The notes under the pieces are model-generated. The model saw nothing but the letters and a program-made list of their open reading frames with translations, was not told the origin of the DNA and searched no databases. A stretch of DNA of 64,000 nucleotides, the filler included, from Sphacelaria rigidula (Eukaryota), in NCBI GenBank assembly GCA_964200075.2. It is 10 parts of 10 records of this genome, joined end to end, with 100 filler letters (N's around TTAATTAATTAA, not from the genome) between each part and the next. Parts side by side here need not be neighbours in the genome. Positions count along the whole stretch, not along the records: positions 19,233 to 25,542 come from CAXNAA020020859.1; positions 25,643 to 31,952 come from CAXNAA020020860.1; positions 32,053 to 38,362 come from CAXNAA020020861.1; 7 more parts are not named here. One strand, given 5' to 3'. A program made the position numbers and the translations under genes. Shown one piece after another: positions 23,178 through 35,309 of this stretch (its first letter is position 1; each line of letters starts with the position of its first letter).

Positions 23178-23372
23178 TTGAAATATGTGCCAGGTATTGT
23201 ATCCAATCACGATGTCAATTTCTTGGTCAAAAACACCAATTCAATGAGGTCATCTCGTGGTGACGGGTCGCAGGTGCACATCAAGCGTGATGCTCCCGGA
23301 GAGGACGCGAACAGGAGGGAGAACAAGAGAAACAGACGTCGATCGAGCGACGACGCCTTCAGTAGCCCCCGG
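23178..23372 (+). CDS. Candidate duplicated 195-nt exon, copy 1
   Basis: GCAG|TTG ... CGG|GTGAGC, phase 0-0, 65 open codons. Confidence 0.35.
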
Positions 23373-23656
23373 GTGAGCAGGGTTGAGGACATCATCGCTC
23401 GCGGCGTACCGAATTCCGTTCACACTGTTTTCTGCGTCCCAGGCTGCTGGTGACCCATATCACCGAGAATGGGCATACAGCTGTGTACCGCTCGGAAGCA
23501 GGTCTTCCGATAGTCGATGGATATTAGATAAACCGTCAGTAATGTACTGCAACTGTTTCCGACCACACGCTGGGACGGACGATGGACGATGCACACCCGG
23601 TAAGGGAAGCGGCAAGTAGCTAGCAGCATTGCTGTCTCGTACCCAGCCGCAAGCAG

Positions 23657-23851
23657 TTGAAATATGTGCCAGGTATTGTATCCAATCACGATGTCAATTT
23701 CTTGGTCAAAAACACCAATTCAATGAGGTCATCTCGTGGTGACGGGTCGCAGGTGCACATCAAGCGTGATGCTCCCGGAGAGGACGCGAACAGGAGGGAG
23801 AACAAGAGAAACAGACGTCGATCGAGCGACGACGCGGACGATAGCCCCCGG
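23657..23851 (+). CDS. Candidate duplicated 195-nt exon, copy 2
   Basis: GCAG|TTG ... CGG|GTAAGT (consensus donor), phase 0-0, 65 open codons. Confidence 0.4.
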
Positions 23852-24962
23852 GTAAGTATTATTCATTCACCTGCTTTTGCATTATAAACATAGCGCAAAT
23901 GCAATATGTAATCCCAGGCAAGGCACGCAAGATGAAGCAGTACCTAGTTAGCGTGCTCAACAGTTATGCAGCCAAAGCCGGTGCTCTGAAGATTTCCAGC
24001 CTGTGCTCCGCATGAAATGATATCACCACGTGAAACAGAAGCGACCTGTACAGCTGCGAGTAGCATGACGACTACAACAACACCATGTTACTGTCTACTG
24101 AAATCAAGATCTTGACAAAAATCACGACTCCGACTCCGAACTATAACTAACACCAGCCAGGCGTCTTACGAAGATCGTCATCGTTGAGAACGTTGAGTAC
24201 GTAGTAGCTTCGACGCATGAACTGTAAGAGTAACACAGAGGACTTCGGCTTGACACAAGTTTCATGAATACCCGACCTAAAAAACCTGCGCACAAGTTGC
24301 AGCACCACATATCCTGCTGCTTGGGTCTGTTGATCGCTGGGTATCCGGCGCGCCGATCCTATCGTTTACGCCCTTACTTGATTTTCATTTAGTTTCACTG
24401 GTCGGCTTACAGTAGATCAGACGTGCTACTGGTTTTGTATCATATCGATCATTTCATCTCGTTTCGCGAATATTTCATACGTCATAGATTATTGCGTTTT
24501 CGACTATGAAATCGGCCTCTACTTCGAACGTGAATGTTCTAACTTGAGTGCGCAGCAAGTACATCGAGGGACGCCAAGTTTGATGAGACACGGCTATTCT
24601 TGGGCTTATCTCCCCTTCCCTTCCTGTATTTGTTTGTATTTTTCATTTTCTTCGAAGCGTTGTTGCCTTTCGTTTTCGCTCCGTTTTCTACCGTTATTCT
24701 CTCGTTTCCTTATTGTCGTCTCTATTCTTACCTTCGTCGTTTCTCTTTTGCAACTTTGCTTTTGTGAGTGTTTCCGTTTTTATTCACCTTGGGGACACTC
24801 ATCTTGTGGATAATGGGCATGCCTGGATTATGATCTATAGGGGAGAAAGTGAAACGCGATCATCAAATCCACCCAGCTATGAGCAAATGATGAAGGTTTC
24901 GCGTTTCTGTTGTCCTTGACCCTTTTCCCCGTTTCTCTGTCGTGCATCATGCATCATAACAG

Positions 24963-25058
24963 GCACGTGCTAGAGTATCGGTGTCCTTGGAAGTGATAGG
25001 TCCAGACGGAGTCGGCAACTACGAAGGGGAGGTAAAGGACGGACGCCCGCACGGTCAG
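24963..25058 (+). CDS. Exon encoding a MORN repeat
   Basis: Pyrimidine tract and ACAG| acceptor, ARARVSVSLEVIGPDGVGNYEGEVKDGRPHGQ, then |GTAAGA; YEGExxxGxxHGxG is the MORN consensus. Confidence 0.8.
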
Positions 25059-25299
25059 GTAAGATAAGCAACCTACAGTCGATACTCGAGTGATACCACG
25101 ATAGGGGTGAGTGTCTTTCTGCCCGCTGTTCTATCAAGAAATTTCATCCCCAATTGTTGTTTAGAGCAAGAACGTTTGTTCGAATGCGCTTGTTACCAAT
25201 GAGACACACTAATGCATACCGCTTGACGCCGTTTTTACCCAAGAACAAATCCACCGCGAGTAGTTACGTCGACTCACACACCTGTGAGTCCCTACTTTT

Positions 25300-25385
25300 G
25301 TCTCGCGAAGGATGGATGGTCAATTGTCAAACACCTGAGGTAGGCAAAAAATGAGTGCGCCCCCCCCCCCTGCCCCCCCCCGCCC
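25300..25385 (+). mobile_element. Old, extremely 5'-truncated LINE 3' end
   Basis: TCTCGCGAAGGATGGATGGTCAATTGTC...AAATGAGTGCG plus a C-tract. Confidence 0.6.
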
Positions 25386-25648
25386 ACCGTATCATCACTC
25401 GTTCCATCCATTAATACAGTAGCAACAATGTAAGCCGCCCGTATGTCGGGATAAGGTCTAACTACAAGAGTAATCAAACGAACGGGGATCCCAATCAGTC
25501 TCGTGAGGGAGGCGGGGGGGGGGGGGGGCAAACCTTTCCAACNNNNNNNNNNNNNNNNNNNNNNNNNNNNNNNNNNNNNNNNNNNNTTAATTAATTAANN
25601 NNNNNNNNNNNNNNNNNNNNNNNNNNNNNNNNNNNNNNNNNNTACGAA

Positions 25649-25716
25649 GATTTTAATCCTCCGGGTTCTCATCCTCAATCAAAAGCACCATCCTCAACAT
25701 AGATGATTGGCTGTTG
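25649..25716. repeat. End of a young repeat shared with the start of the next contig
   Basis: ~68 nt essentially identical to 32053-32120 (AGATTTTAATCCTCCGGG...GATTGGCTGTT); the flanks then diverge. Confidence 0.85.
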
Positions 25717-28700
25717 TTAGCAGAGAAAACATCGGAAAATTACAACTTTTTGCAGGTGTTGAGAACATTCAAATAAGTGTCTTTCCGAAATTCTATCTTT
25801 TGTTCATTGCGTCAAACCGTAACGCTGTGTCGCTTCGAGGGGAGACGATCAATAGCACCCTCATGACCAACGAGATCTTACCACTGTGTATCACCTCGAC
25901 AACAACCGCAGGGGATTGTGTCTTCCTGAGCACGACCTGTATGCTTCCCTAAACGTATCTGTCGACTCTAGCAAAAGAAATTCGAGTGCTCAAAGGAAGA
26001 GCTTCATGCGAGAGGAAATGAAACAGTACCCAATTCCAAATTTTGCCTGACTTGCTTACGGACTACACGTATTTCTCGCTCACCGTGCGCTGGGTAGAAT
26101 ATCCTGATGCTGCAAATACCCTCTTCACAGTCATGCACGGGGTTGCAGCAGGGAACGTCATCGGAGCACCGCTGGTCTACCGGCGAGCAAAAAACAATGG
26201 ATGCAAATCATCATGGATGACGGGGCAAACGAGGTCAGATGGTCAGTAGTGCGGGCTAACCCTTAGACGACGAGAGTAGGCCATCTGTTGAACGGGCATC
26301 AGTTTCACTCGACAGATGTATGAATGATGATGCAGGTGGACTACCTTCGCCGTCCAAGGTGGAACGATGCGTGCGAAGAAAGTACAAAAAGGAACTGAAA
26401 ACAAGGATAATAAATCCTTGGCCAAGTCATGCGATTAATATGGGGGCTGGACCGCCTGGTCTGGGTCCATGCGCACGGAATATAGTAAATAGGGAATTGT
26501 GTCAGTGGGTGCAATCCTAGGCGGCACGACTTTTTATGGAAAGCTGTTACCCTCAAAATTATCGACGGAAACAAAATTTCCACTACCATGTTTTCACGGC
26601 TTGTACATCTCCCGCTATATACGAGAGGCGACTGCGACTTCCTCTACCCTTGCATGGTCGTGTCAAAGACAAGCACGATACAACAGTAACGACTGAAAGT
26701 GTGCACCTCACTGTGGTGGGTGCTTCGGGGAATCGCTGCGCTATTTATGTGTGAGTTGAGTATAATATGAGCGGAAAAACGGGAGAGATTTTCCGTGCGA
26801 TTCGCGACGCTTTTTTCATGATTCACCGAAGGGCCGCAGATTCACATGCGGTCAAGGTGATAACCGCCCAGAGCAACCATTCTAGCGGCAAAGAATCAAA
26901 TCTTCAGTTTGACCGCATGAAAATCCCCCGACAGAAGTCAAGCAATTTCCTCATGCGTATGTCTCGGGAGACAAATCATGACACTGCTACAGTAAATCTC
27001 ACACACTTGGCGGTACTGTATTGACGAGATGAACCCTACATTACTGCCGCTTCAACAAGGTGAGCACAGTAGGGCCCTCCGGATTGTAGAAGAAACGAAG
27101 GCCCTCAATTAACCTGTACCCGCCGGCCTCGCAAACGGAGATAAATCTCGCATATTGTTGCCAACGCCCGTTCCAAAAGCGAAAACGAATGTGATGTATT
27201 TTGTGAAGATAATAATAGCGTGCATATGCAACCTTCAATTCGTTTGTTTTTTTGAAAACTTGCGCGGGCTATTTTCTATAATATATAACAAAAGCCCAAA
27301 AATACACGTCACGTCAAGGACGCCGTTGAGCTGATATCACTTCACAACTCACAACCTCTCTGAGTATGCTGCACCGTCGGTAACGATTTTTGGAATCAAT
27401 TCGTCGCATCAACAGCATAGCATTTCGGGACATCGCATTTTTACTGGTGACAACAGTCTTTCGCGTCGAAGCCAACCACAGCGCATGAATACATACATGC
27501 TTTTTACACCATTGTACTTGCTATTACTCGTATATATACACACTGTAATGTAAGTATATTTTTAAGACACAACAGAAGGGGGGAATTGTGCAGTTGTGCA
27601 TGCTGTGGGGGGCATTTTTCACCTCGTGGAAACAGGAACGTCACAACGAAAGGAACTAACACTCCGGAGTACAGTAGTAGTTACTACTACTGCGTCGTCT
27701 GTGCATCGCACATCACACAGTACTGTGGCAACACACATCATTGCACAGTGCTCGAGTATACATCATTCAGATAGATATAATGTTTTATACGCCCACTATT
27801 ATAGTATATGAATTTCTCGTGCATCATGCACCCATTGATGCAGTCACCTCGGTCGAAATGTAATATCATGTATCATGTTGTGACACTCACCTAGGGACGC
27901 GCACGGCACGTCTGTCCCCTCCTGTGCGCTGGACCATCCCGCCAAGGCAAGCGCTGTTGCGACAAAGATTCCCAAGAGGTGCATGCTTCCGCTCGCAGTT
28001 TATACGAATGTTACGTACCTTCTTCACCGATGTGCTGTTTTCTTTTTGTCGAGGACCACGAACGGACGTCTGAATGATGAGGGTGGTAGGCGGGTTTCTT
28101 CTGCAGTGATACGTATCGTGAAGGTGTAAGGATTGTGTGAGATGGGTGGGTTGAGGGGGGGCGGGGGGGGGGTGAAGATAGGAGAGACCAATCTCAAGCA
28201 TTCTTCCTTCGGGTATGGCCGGTGATGTGATGGTATGGCTGCTCATTTGATCGCAGGTTATCTCATCGTGCATGGTCGCACATTCGTTTGAGCGAGTCCG
28301 GGCAAAATTATCGGAATTTTACTGGTCCTTTCAGGCCGAACCGGAGCATTCTCTTTGTTGGGGAGAATCTCACAGTATACCGTAGGGTTTCAAATTTCTT
28401 ACTGATAGCGAACGGGTTATGGCTGGTGGGTTGCATAAGGTAGTAAACGTCATGAACTTTTGTTGGTAGTCGCGGCCCGCTAGCGCTCGGGGTTCTGGGT
28501 CTTGAACGAACATGTTCATTTTTCAAGTAAGAATGATGCCCACCCAACCGATGACTCACCCTGGCGGCGAAGGGCTTATAACTCTCAAATATGGGTTGAG
28601 ATTGTGGACAAACACAACACCTGCCCAAGTAGCTTTCTATCCTTCATATCAGAAACGCCAGGCAATTGAAAATACAGGAGAGCGTTATAGCGTGCGGTAA

Positions 28701-30394
28701 ACGTTCACTCCCAGTCGGCTTGTTGTACGTTATGCTTTGCGGTCCAAGCAGTCGTGAGTAGCACATGCCCGAACTCTAATATTTGAATTTCGAAATAATA
28801 ATGAGATTATTCGGACCCCAAATTCCTTGGATCAACGAGATACAGAAGACGTGATGGATTAGTTTGTGCGAAGTCACCAGAGGCAGGGAAAAACAGTGTA
28901 TGCAAGAAGCGCGCTACCGATACTATGGCCGCACTTTCTCACAGCTGGGTGAATATGTTAGATCCGGTCATATGTTTTCCCACGAGACGAACATACACAT
29001 GCGAGAACCAAGCAGCTGGCGGCTGCACCGGTATCTTTTTGCGTCTGTTGCCGTGCCACCACAACCACATGAGCGAGCCCGCTAAAATACACACGATACA
29101 TTTTGATGCCCATGCATCACCACACCAAGGCAACCAAGCGGCATGCAGTACTGCAAAAGATATGGCCTGAGATTCGTGCTTCTTCACGTCGTATCCGGTC
29201 TCGGCCTTTGTCACACCTCCCCCTTTTTACTGAGCCATCTCAAATGTATCTTCTACATTTGAAGCTGTCTTGACAGATTATGCACCTGGCGGTCAAGGTG
29301 GTCATCCTTTCACCACCTCGGTGGATCATCTGCATCTGCTACATAACATATTTTCAAGTCATCGTGATGCCGATTAAACAGGTAGGCGACCCACCCTGGT
29401 GGTCACGGGTCGTCGATCTTTTGACCTCTGGGGTGAATCATCCCTCCTCTCTCAGGTGAAAGCTATGCAACTCGACAAATTGCCCACTCTGGTGATGAGA
29501 GAGGGTTGAGGCTCGGATACACGCTCGGGTTTTCGTGAGGCTGGATTAGACAGGTGGTGGTGAAAGTATACAGGTAGTAACGGCCGTTATTATATTCAAG
29601 TACTCGCGCTGACTGTGTACACTTTGCTGCTCTACATAGAGTATTCATCGCGCTTCATGGTACTTGTATACGATATATCACGTAGGCAACTGTCTACCGA
29701 CCGGAGGGGAGGGATAGAGCAAACATTTGACTTGGTGCAGCGTACCACACCCGATGAAAAATGCGCTCGGCCATTCACAGCGGTGTCTGCATGCTGTCGG
29801 TAAACTCTATATACAGCGCATGTAGTGTGAGACAGAAGAGTGCATGGGTCGAGTGAGGTTCTTTGCTGTAGAGTACTCAGTCGACCACTGCTGCACCTGC
29901 TGGTAGCTGGTCGGCGGTCCTCGGGAGTACGACCTACCATCTGAGTCGGATGACAACTGTACTATAACGTCATATTACAGCTCATACACTGCTTGTACGC
30001 TCCTCAGTGCTACAGTCGGTCGCCTTCATCGGTGGCGAATGACACCATGCAGGGCTTTTAACTTCTATGTAACGGGAGCATGCATGACAAGGGGACAGAT
30101 ATGAACCGCACGTGTATCCTTCCAACGGGAAGGACACATGGTCATGGGGCACCTAATCTATTGTGCACCTTTGCACACACGTACTTACAGTAGTATTACC
30201 CCTTTCGGAACTGAGCGCCTCTTCTACGGTTACTGTTTCGGTTTCGGTTTCAAACTGACCACATGTGACGTTTCCACACCCTGGACAACACAAAATGTAA
30301 TATATATATTGCCCGCTGAACAATATGTCGACGGGTCGGGTGGTCAATATATATTGGACGAGCAATATGATGGGACGAGAGACGGGTCAATACA

Positions 30395-31628
30395 CGAGCT
30401 GGGCCGGCCTAGAGGCGGCATGGAAATGTGCAGGCGAATGCGCCGGCCAATATTTCAATACCTAGAGTTGGACCCTGAAATTTGGTATGGACAACGCGTA
30501 GGGCAAAATAAAAAATCGGAAAGAAGCACGAGAAGTTTTTTTTTCGTGAGTCAAGGGCGTTTGACTGAAAACCTGAAAACTGTTTATTACCCTTGAATCA
30601 AGAGAAAAAAAAACTTCTGGCGCTTCTTTCCGATTTTTTATTGTGCCCTATGCATTGTCCATACCAAATTTCAGGGCCCAACTCTAAATATTCGCCGGCG
30701 CATTTTCGCCTTTTAACCCTTAGACCGCGAGGTTAGTCTTCTATTGAATCGGCATCAATTTCAGGTGAAAAAACGTATGCGTGTCCAGAAAGACTAATCT
30801 CGCGGTCTAAGGGTTAAAAATTGGACCGGTAGAAATTCGGAACAATATTTCGCAGGCCACTCACCGGGCCACGTTTGGTTTTTGTGTATTGAAACTTTTT
30901 GTGGGCCCTCGCCAGGGCATAATTAACAAAGCTCAGTGGGTCAGTTTTTTTATTATTTTTTTCACTGGTTGAGGGCGTTTTAGTATGGTAAAGACGGTTT
31001 CTTCACGAGAACGCCCCAACCTCTACGTAAAAAAATGTGAAGGCCCATTTTTTTTTCGGCACACTTTTGTGGTTCTCCATGCTAACTTTCAAATCACAAT
31101 TATTCTGAATATTGAGCTAAAACATTGAGATAAGGCCTGAGAGCAGTGTTCATTCCTCCTGAAAACTCCGCTGAAGACACGAAAAACATGAAGAATGACG
31201 TTTTTTGTTTTCATAAAAAGTAACAGGCTGTTTTTATTTATATATTACTCACTACCAGTTCACCACACGAAATTTTATGCCACAACAACTGCCAAAAACT
31301 GATGAGGCGCGATATCCAGATTTAGGGCACCTAGTGCCTCTGCTAGTAATATATTGATTTTAGTATTGAAACTTATGTGCGCCATATCACGGGATAGATA
31401 ACGACTTAGGTGAAAGTGAGGGTATCTATAGTCTCCACTTGCTCCAGAGAATGTCCACACCAAAATTCGTCGTCATCCGCTAAATGCATCGATCGAGGGT
31501 TCCATGGAGATTATAGTACGGACGCCATCTCCGTCAGGTATAGGAATTACAATACATGGGCTTCAATCAACGAGAAAATATGGGCCCAAATTTTGAGCAG
31601 ATGTGCACCTTCCCCTTCGTCAGACGAT
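30395..31628. mobile_element. Family A copy (short left arm, central hairpin 30438-30702, long right arm)
   Basis: CGAGCTGGGCCGGCC terminus; AAATTTGGTATGGACAA pairs with TTGTCCATACCAAATTT; right arm collinear with 13700-14278 and 2100-3470. Confidence 0.8.
30717..30813. mobile_element. 97-bp piggyBac-type MITE, second copy (opposite orientation), nested in family A
   Basis: TTAA|CCCTTAGACCGCGAG ... CTCGCGGTCTAAGGG|TTAA. Confidence 0.85.
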
Positions 31629-31631
31629 TAA

Positions 31632-31952
31632 CCCTTTTCGGACCAGACCCCCATTAACACAGGGTTGACCCTGTGTTACGCAGTGAGAGTGGTTAGTGGA
31701 ATGATGAAAAATAAGTCTTCGAGCGACCTACCCAATCACAGCGACGCGAAATTCATCGACCAGACCCGAACGACCAGCGCGGGGATTGTTGTCGGATGTG
31801 ATGTCACCGCAAAGATCATGTGGGGCCCTATCCCTGGCCAGATAAGCCTTCCCAGGCTTCCAAATGCAGGGCGATCGCAGCTTGATTTTATGGCATTACT
31901 TGCACTCAGCATACCCTTCCCGAGTTTTTCCGGAGCCTTTCTTGGGTCCCAG
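31632..31952. mobile_element. Probable left end of another TTAA-targeting (piggyBac-like) element
   Basis: Family A homology stops exactly at a host TTAA (31628-31631), followed by CCCTTTTCGGACC; the other end is not seen. Confidence 0.4.
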
Positions 31953-33175
31953 NNNNNNNNNNNNNNNNNNNNNNNNNNNNNNNNNNNNNNNNNNNNTTAA
32001 TTAATTAANNNNNNNNNNNNNNNNNNNNNNNNNNNNNNNNNNNNNNNNNNNNAGATTTTAATCCTCCGGGTTCTCATCCTCAATCGAAAGCACCATCCTC
32101 AACATAGATGATTGGCTGTTTCAACCTTTTCCCTCTCACGATACCCTACTACTGAAACGTAACAACCACCGCGGACGAAGGTGAGAGCACCGCGCACGAG
32201 CAGGTTATCGTGGTCTCATGGAAATAGACCCTAGACATGAAATATACAGACTGTCATTCATACCAACAGGTTATTTTCGGCAAGAGGTTGAACATGAAAA
32301 TGAGGTTTCACTCCAAAACAGTGCTTGTTGTCCTGAACTAAAGTCATGTGGCAAATGACTTTATATGGACAAGCATATGCCCCCCGAACTCCCTGCATTC
32401 ATTTTTTGGGGTTTCCTGCCTTCCTGCCTTCCGTTCCCCAAAGTTAGGGTATGTGCAAAAGCATCATTTTCGGCCTATGAACAGCGTTCTAGTCTAGAGT
32501 TTATGGTGAGGGGTAGTCAAGAAATAAGTTTTCTCCCTTTTCTTTGCTTTGCTTTTGATCCTTGCCTGTTCTCCTGGGGTCGTCGTTTTCCCTCCCCGTT
32601 CCCTTCCGGGTATTTACTTGTTACCGGTTCCCTCCGTTTGCTGCACTACATCGTGGTAAAATATTGAATTGCTACGGAAATGGAAGTACAGACCATCGCT
32701 TAATATGATCAGAAAGCCAAGGGACTAGAGCTAAAAGAAATAGGCGGCGTAGGAAGTTGTATAAATGAAGAATAAATAAAATACAAATGGAAGGAACGCA
32801 GCAACAATTACTGTTGCCAGAAATGCAGTGAATTTTTCCGAGCTGTTGGAAAGCGTGGGTACAACTGATACCGAAATAGAAAGGGATCGGGCAGGAGCGA
32901 AGATTGAAGAAGGATGAAAGCAATTGGTCAAGACTGAAGCAAATGAGCTCATAGGGGAGAAGTTGATCGTATGCAACAGAGCAGTATAATGGTGGGATGA
33001 GGAGGTAAAAAGAGCTATAAAAGTAAGGAGAGAGGCCCGCGCAAGTGTACGCCTAGTTGAACTACGTCAGGGTGGGAGCAGTATATGTCAAAGCTAGAAA
33101 AGAGGTAAAAATGATGGTGAAGAAGACAAAGAAGAGAATAGATAGTTATTTAGTTAACAAAACAAATGAAGATTT

Positions 33176-34657
33176 CAAGGGTAGGTCGAGTAGAGTATGT
33201 ACTTTTGAGTACTCGAGTAAAATACCCAAGTATCTACTCTACTCGACGTTTGAGTAGGTCAAGTACGGCCTCAAATACTCCACTCAAATTTTCAGTGGGT
33301 CGAGTGCGGCCTCAAATACTCTACTCAGATTTTGAGTAGGTTGAGTACGGCCTCAAAATACTCTACTCAAATATTGAGTAAGTGCTCTCTGTAATACTTG
33401 AGTTGATAGTATCACTTGCGTATGACCTCAATACTCTACTCGAATTTTGAGTAGGTTGAGCACGGCCTCAAATACGCTACTCAATTTTTGAGTACGTTGA
33501 GTATGGTCTCAAATACTATATTCAAATTTTGAGTACGTTTAGTATGGTGTCAAATACTCTACTCAAATTTCGAGTAAGCACTCTCAGTAATACTCGAGTA
33601 CAGAGTATCACTTGAGTATGGCCTCAAATACTCTACTCAATTTTTGAGCAGGTCGAGTACGGCCTCAAATACTCTACTCAAATTTTGAGTAGGTTGAGTA
33701 TGGTCTCAACTATTCTACTAAAATTTTGAGTAGATCGAGTACGACCTCAAACACTTTACTCAAAATATTGAGTAAGCACTATCAGTAACACTCGAGTATA
33801 GACGACCCCTTGGGTATGGTTAGTATCCCTGACAGTCGGTGACTTCGTGACGTCACTTCACAGACTATGTTGAATACATGGGCGAACGATGACCATCAAT
33901 TAGATGGGCGGCGTTACATCACAGTCAGCAAGGAGTATGAGCGAATGATGGTCATGAAAAAATAAAAAAAGGCGTGCAGGTGAATGAACCTACCTGCCCC
34001 AGCGCCCCATCTTACCAGCCGGTTGAGTATAAAAACGATCATTTTTTTAAGGGTAGGTCGAGTAGAGTATGAGTACTCGAGTAAAATTCTCAAGTATTTA
34101 CTCTACTCGATGTTTGAGTACGTTGAGTACGGCCTCAAATACTCTACTCAAACTTCAAGTACGTTGAGTACGGCCTCCAATACTCTACTCAAATTTTGAG
34201 TAGATCGAGTACGACCTCAAATACTCTACTCAAATTTTGAGTAAGCACTCTCAGTATGACTTGAGTATAGAGTATCACTTTAGTATGACCTCAATACTCA
34301 CTAAAATTTCGATTAGACTGAGCACGGCCTCAAATACTCTACTCAAATGTTGAGTAGGACGAGTACGGCCTCCAGTACTCTATTAAAACTTTGAGTAGAT
34401 GAAGTACGGCCTCAAATAATCTAATCAAATATTGAGTAAGCACTATCAGTAATGCTTGAGTATAGAGTATCACTTGAGTATGACCTCAATACGCTCTACT
34501 CAAATTTCGAGTAGACTGAGGATGATCTCAAATACTCTACTCGAATAGTTGAGTAGGTTGAGTACGACCTCAAATACTCTACTAAAACTTCGAGTACTAA
34601 AAGTATGACTCTTCAAAAACACTGAGTATTGAGTATACTCTACTCGACCTACCCTTG
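33176..34657. mobile_element. Composite hAT MITE with ~34-bp tandem subterminal repeats
   Basis: TIRs CAAGGGTAGGTCGAGTAGAGTAT / ATACTCTACTCGACCTACCCTTG; perfect 8-bp TSD GAAGATTT (33168-33175 and 34658-34665); an internal second left end near 34048. Confidence 0.9.
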
Positions 34658-34926
34658 GAAGATTTCGATGGCGTGGTGAAGGAAATGTGGTCAGGGATAA
34701 AAGGAATACTGGGCAAAAGAGCAGGAGAGACAGACAAGGGGATAACCACACTAAGAACACAGAAAGGTAAAAATGGTTAGACTCTAGTTCGCACGTGAAG
34801 AGATATGTACTAGTACAGCACTACCGAAAACTAGCGACATCGATAATTAACAAGAGGTTCGACGCGGAATTCGAGAAAACAATCGAGGTGGGGCAAATGT
34901 AGAGGCATCCAAACGGGAAGATAGTG

Positions 34927-35309
34927 TCTGTACTGTGTTATGCATTGTCATCCCTGCTATTCTGGATGCCAGTATACGCCTTTCGGTATATGTGGGCGCA
35001 TCAACCGGGGTCACACAGGAGGAGGGCAAACACAGAAAATTCCTGTTTTTCGATTCGTTTTAGTCCTCCATCTTCCTTCTGCGGTGCTTTCCTTACTTTT
35101 TATCGCGAGAGAGGTTCGGCGGTCCCTTTCCCTCGTCGACCGTGGAGTCGAGTTTTGTGTACCCACGACATGGATGCTCTCCACTGTTGGGGATTGTATG
35201 AGATAAAAAATCTCAGATCGTGTGACGGCACCGAGATTTGAACCCACGATCCGACCGTCAGGAGGTGTTCAGCTTACCAACTGAGCCACCGAGGTGTCCG
35301 GCTTGACTC
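34927..35309 (-). mobile_element. SINE family 1, full-length copy inside the LINE
   Basis: Minus-strand head GGTGGCTCAGTTGGTAA...CCTGACG...GGGTTCAAATCTCGG (A box, CTG loop, B box); flanking duplication AGATAGTG at 34919-34926 and 35310-35317. Confidence 0.85.

Larger units (their letters stand above)
22982..23851 (+). repeat. Recent tandem duplication, period 479 bp
   Basis: 22982-23372 is nearly identical to 23461-23851; 23254-23452 also repeats 22433-22631. Confidence 0.9.

Noticed and set aside
26050..26180. Minus-strand PAATPCMTVKRVFAASG resembling a hAT dimerisation motif
   Set aside because: A single weak motif among stops; no supporting termini or other domains.
33200..34640. Regular ~34-bp repeats resembling a CRISPR array
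   Set aside because: Head-to-tail degenerate units with no unique spacers, bounded by TIRs and an 8-bp TSD; no cas genes; eukaryotic context.
35225..35303. Possible tRNA-Gln gene (also 4972-5046)
   Set aside because: The cloverleaf is degenerate and always attached to the same ~300-bp body with a tail and TSD, so it is a SINE head.
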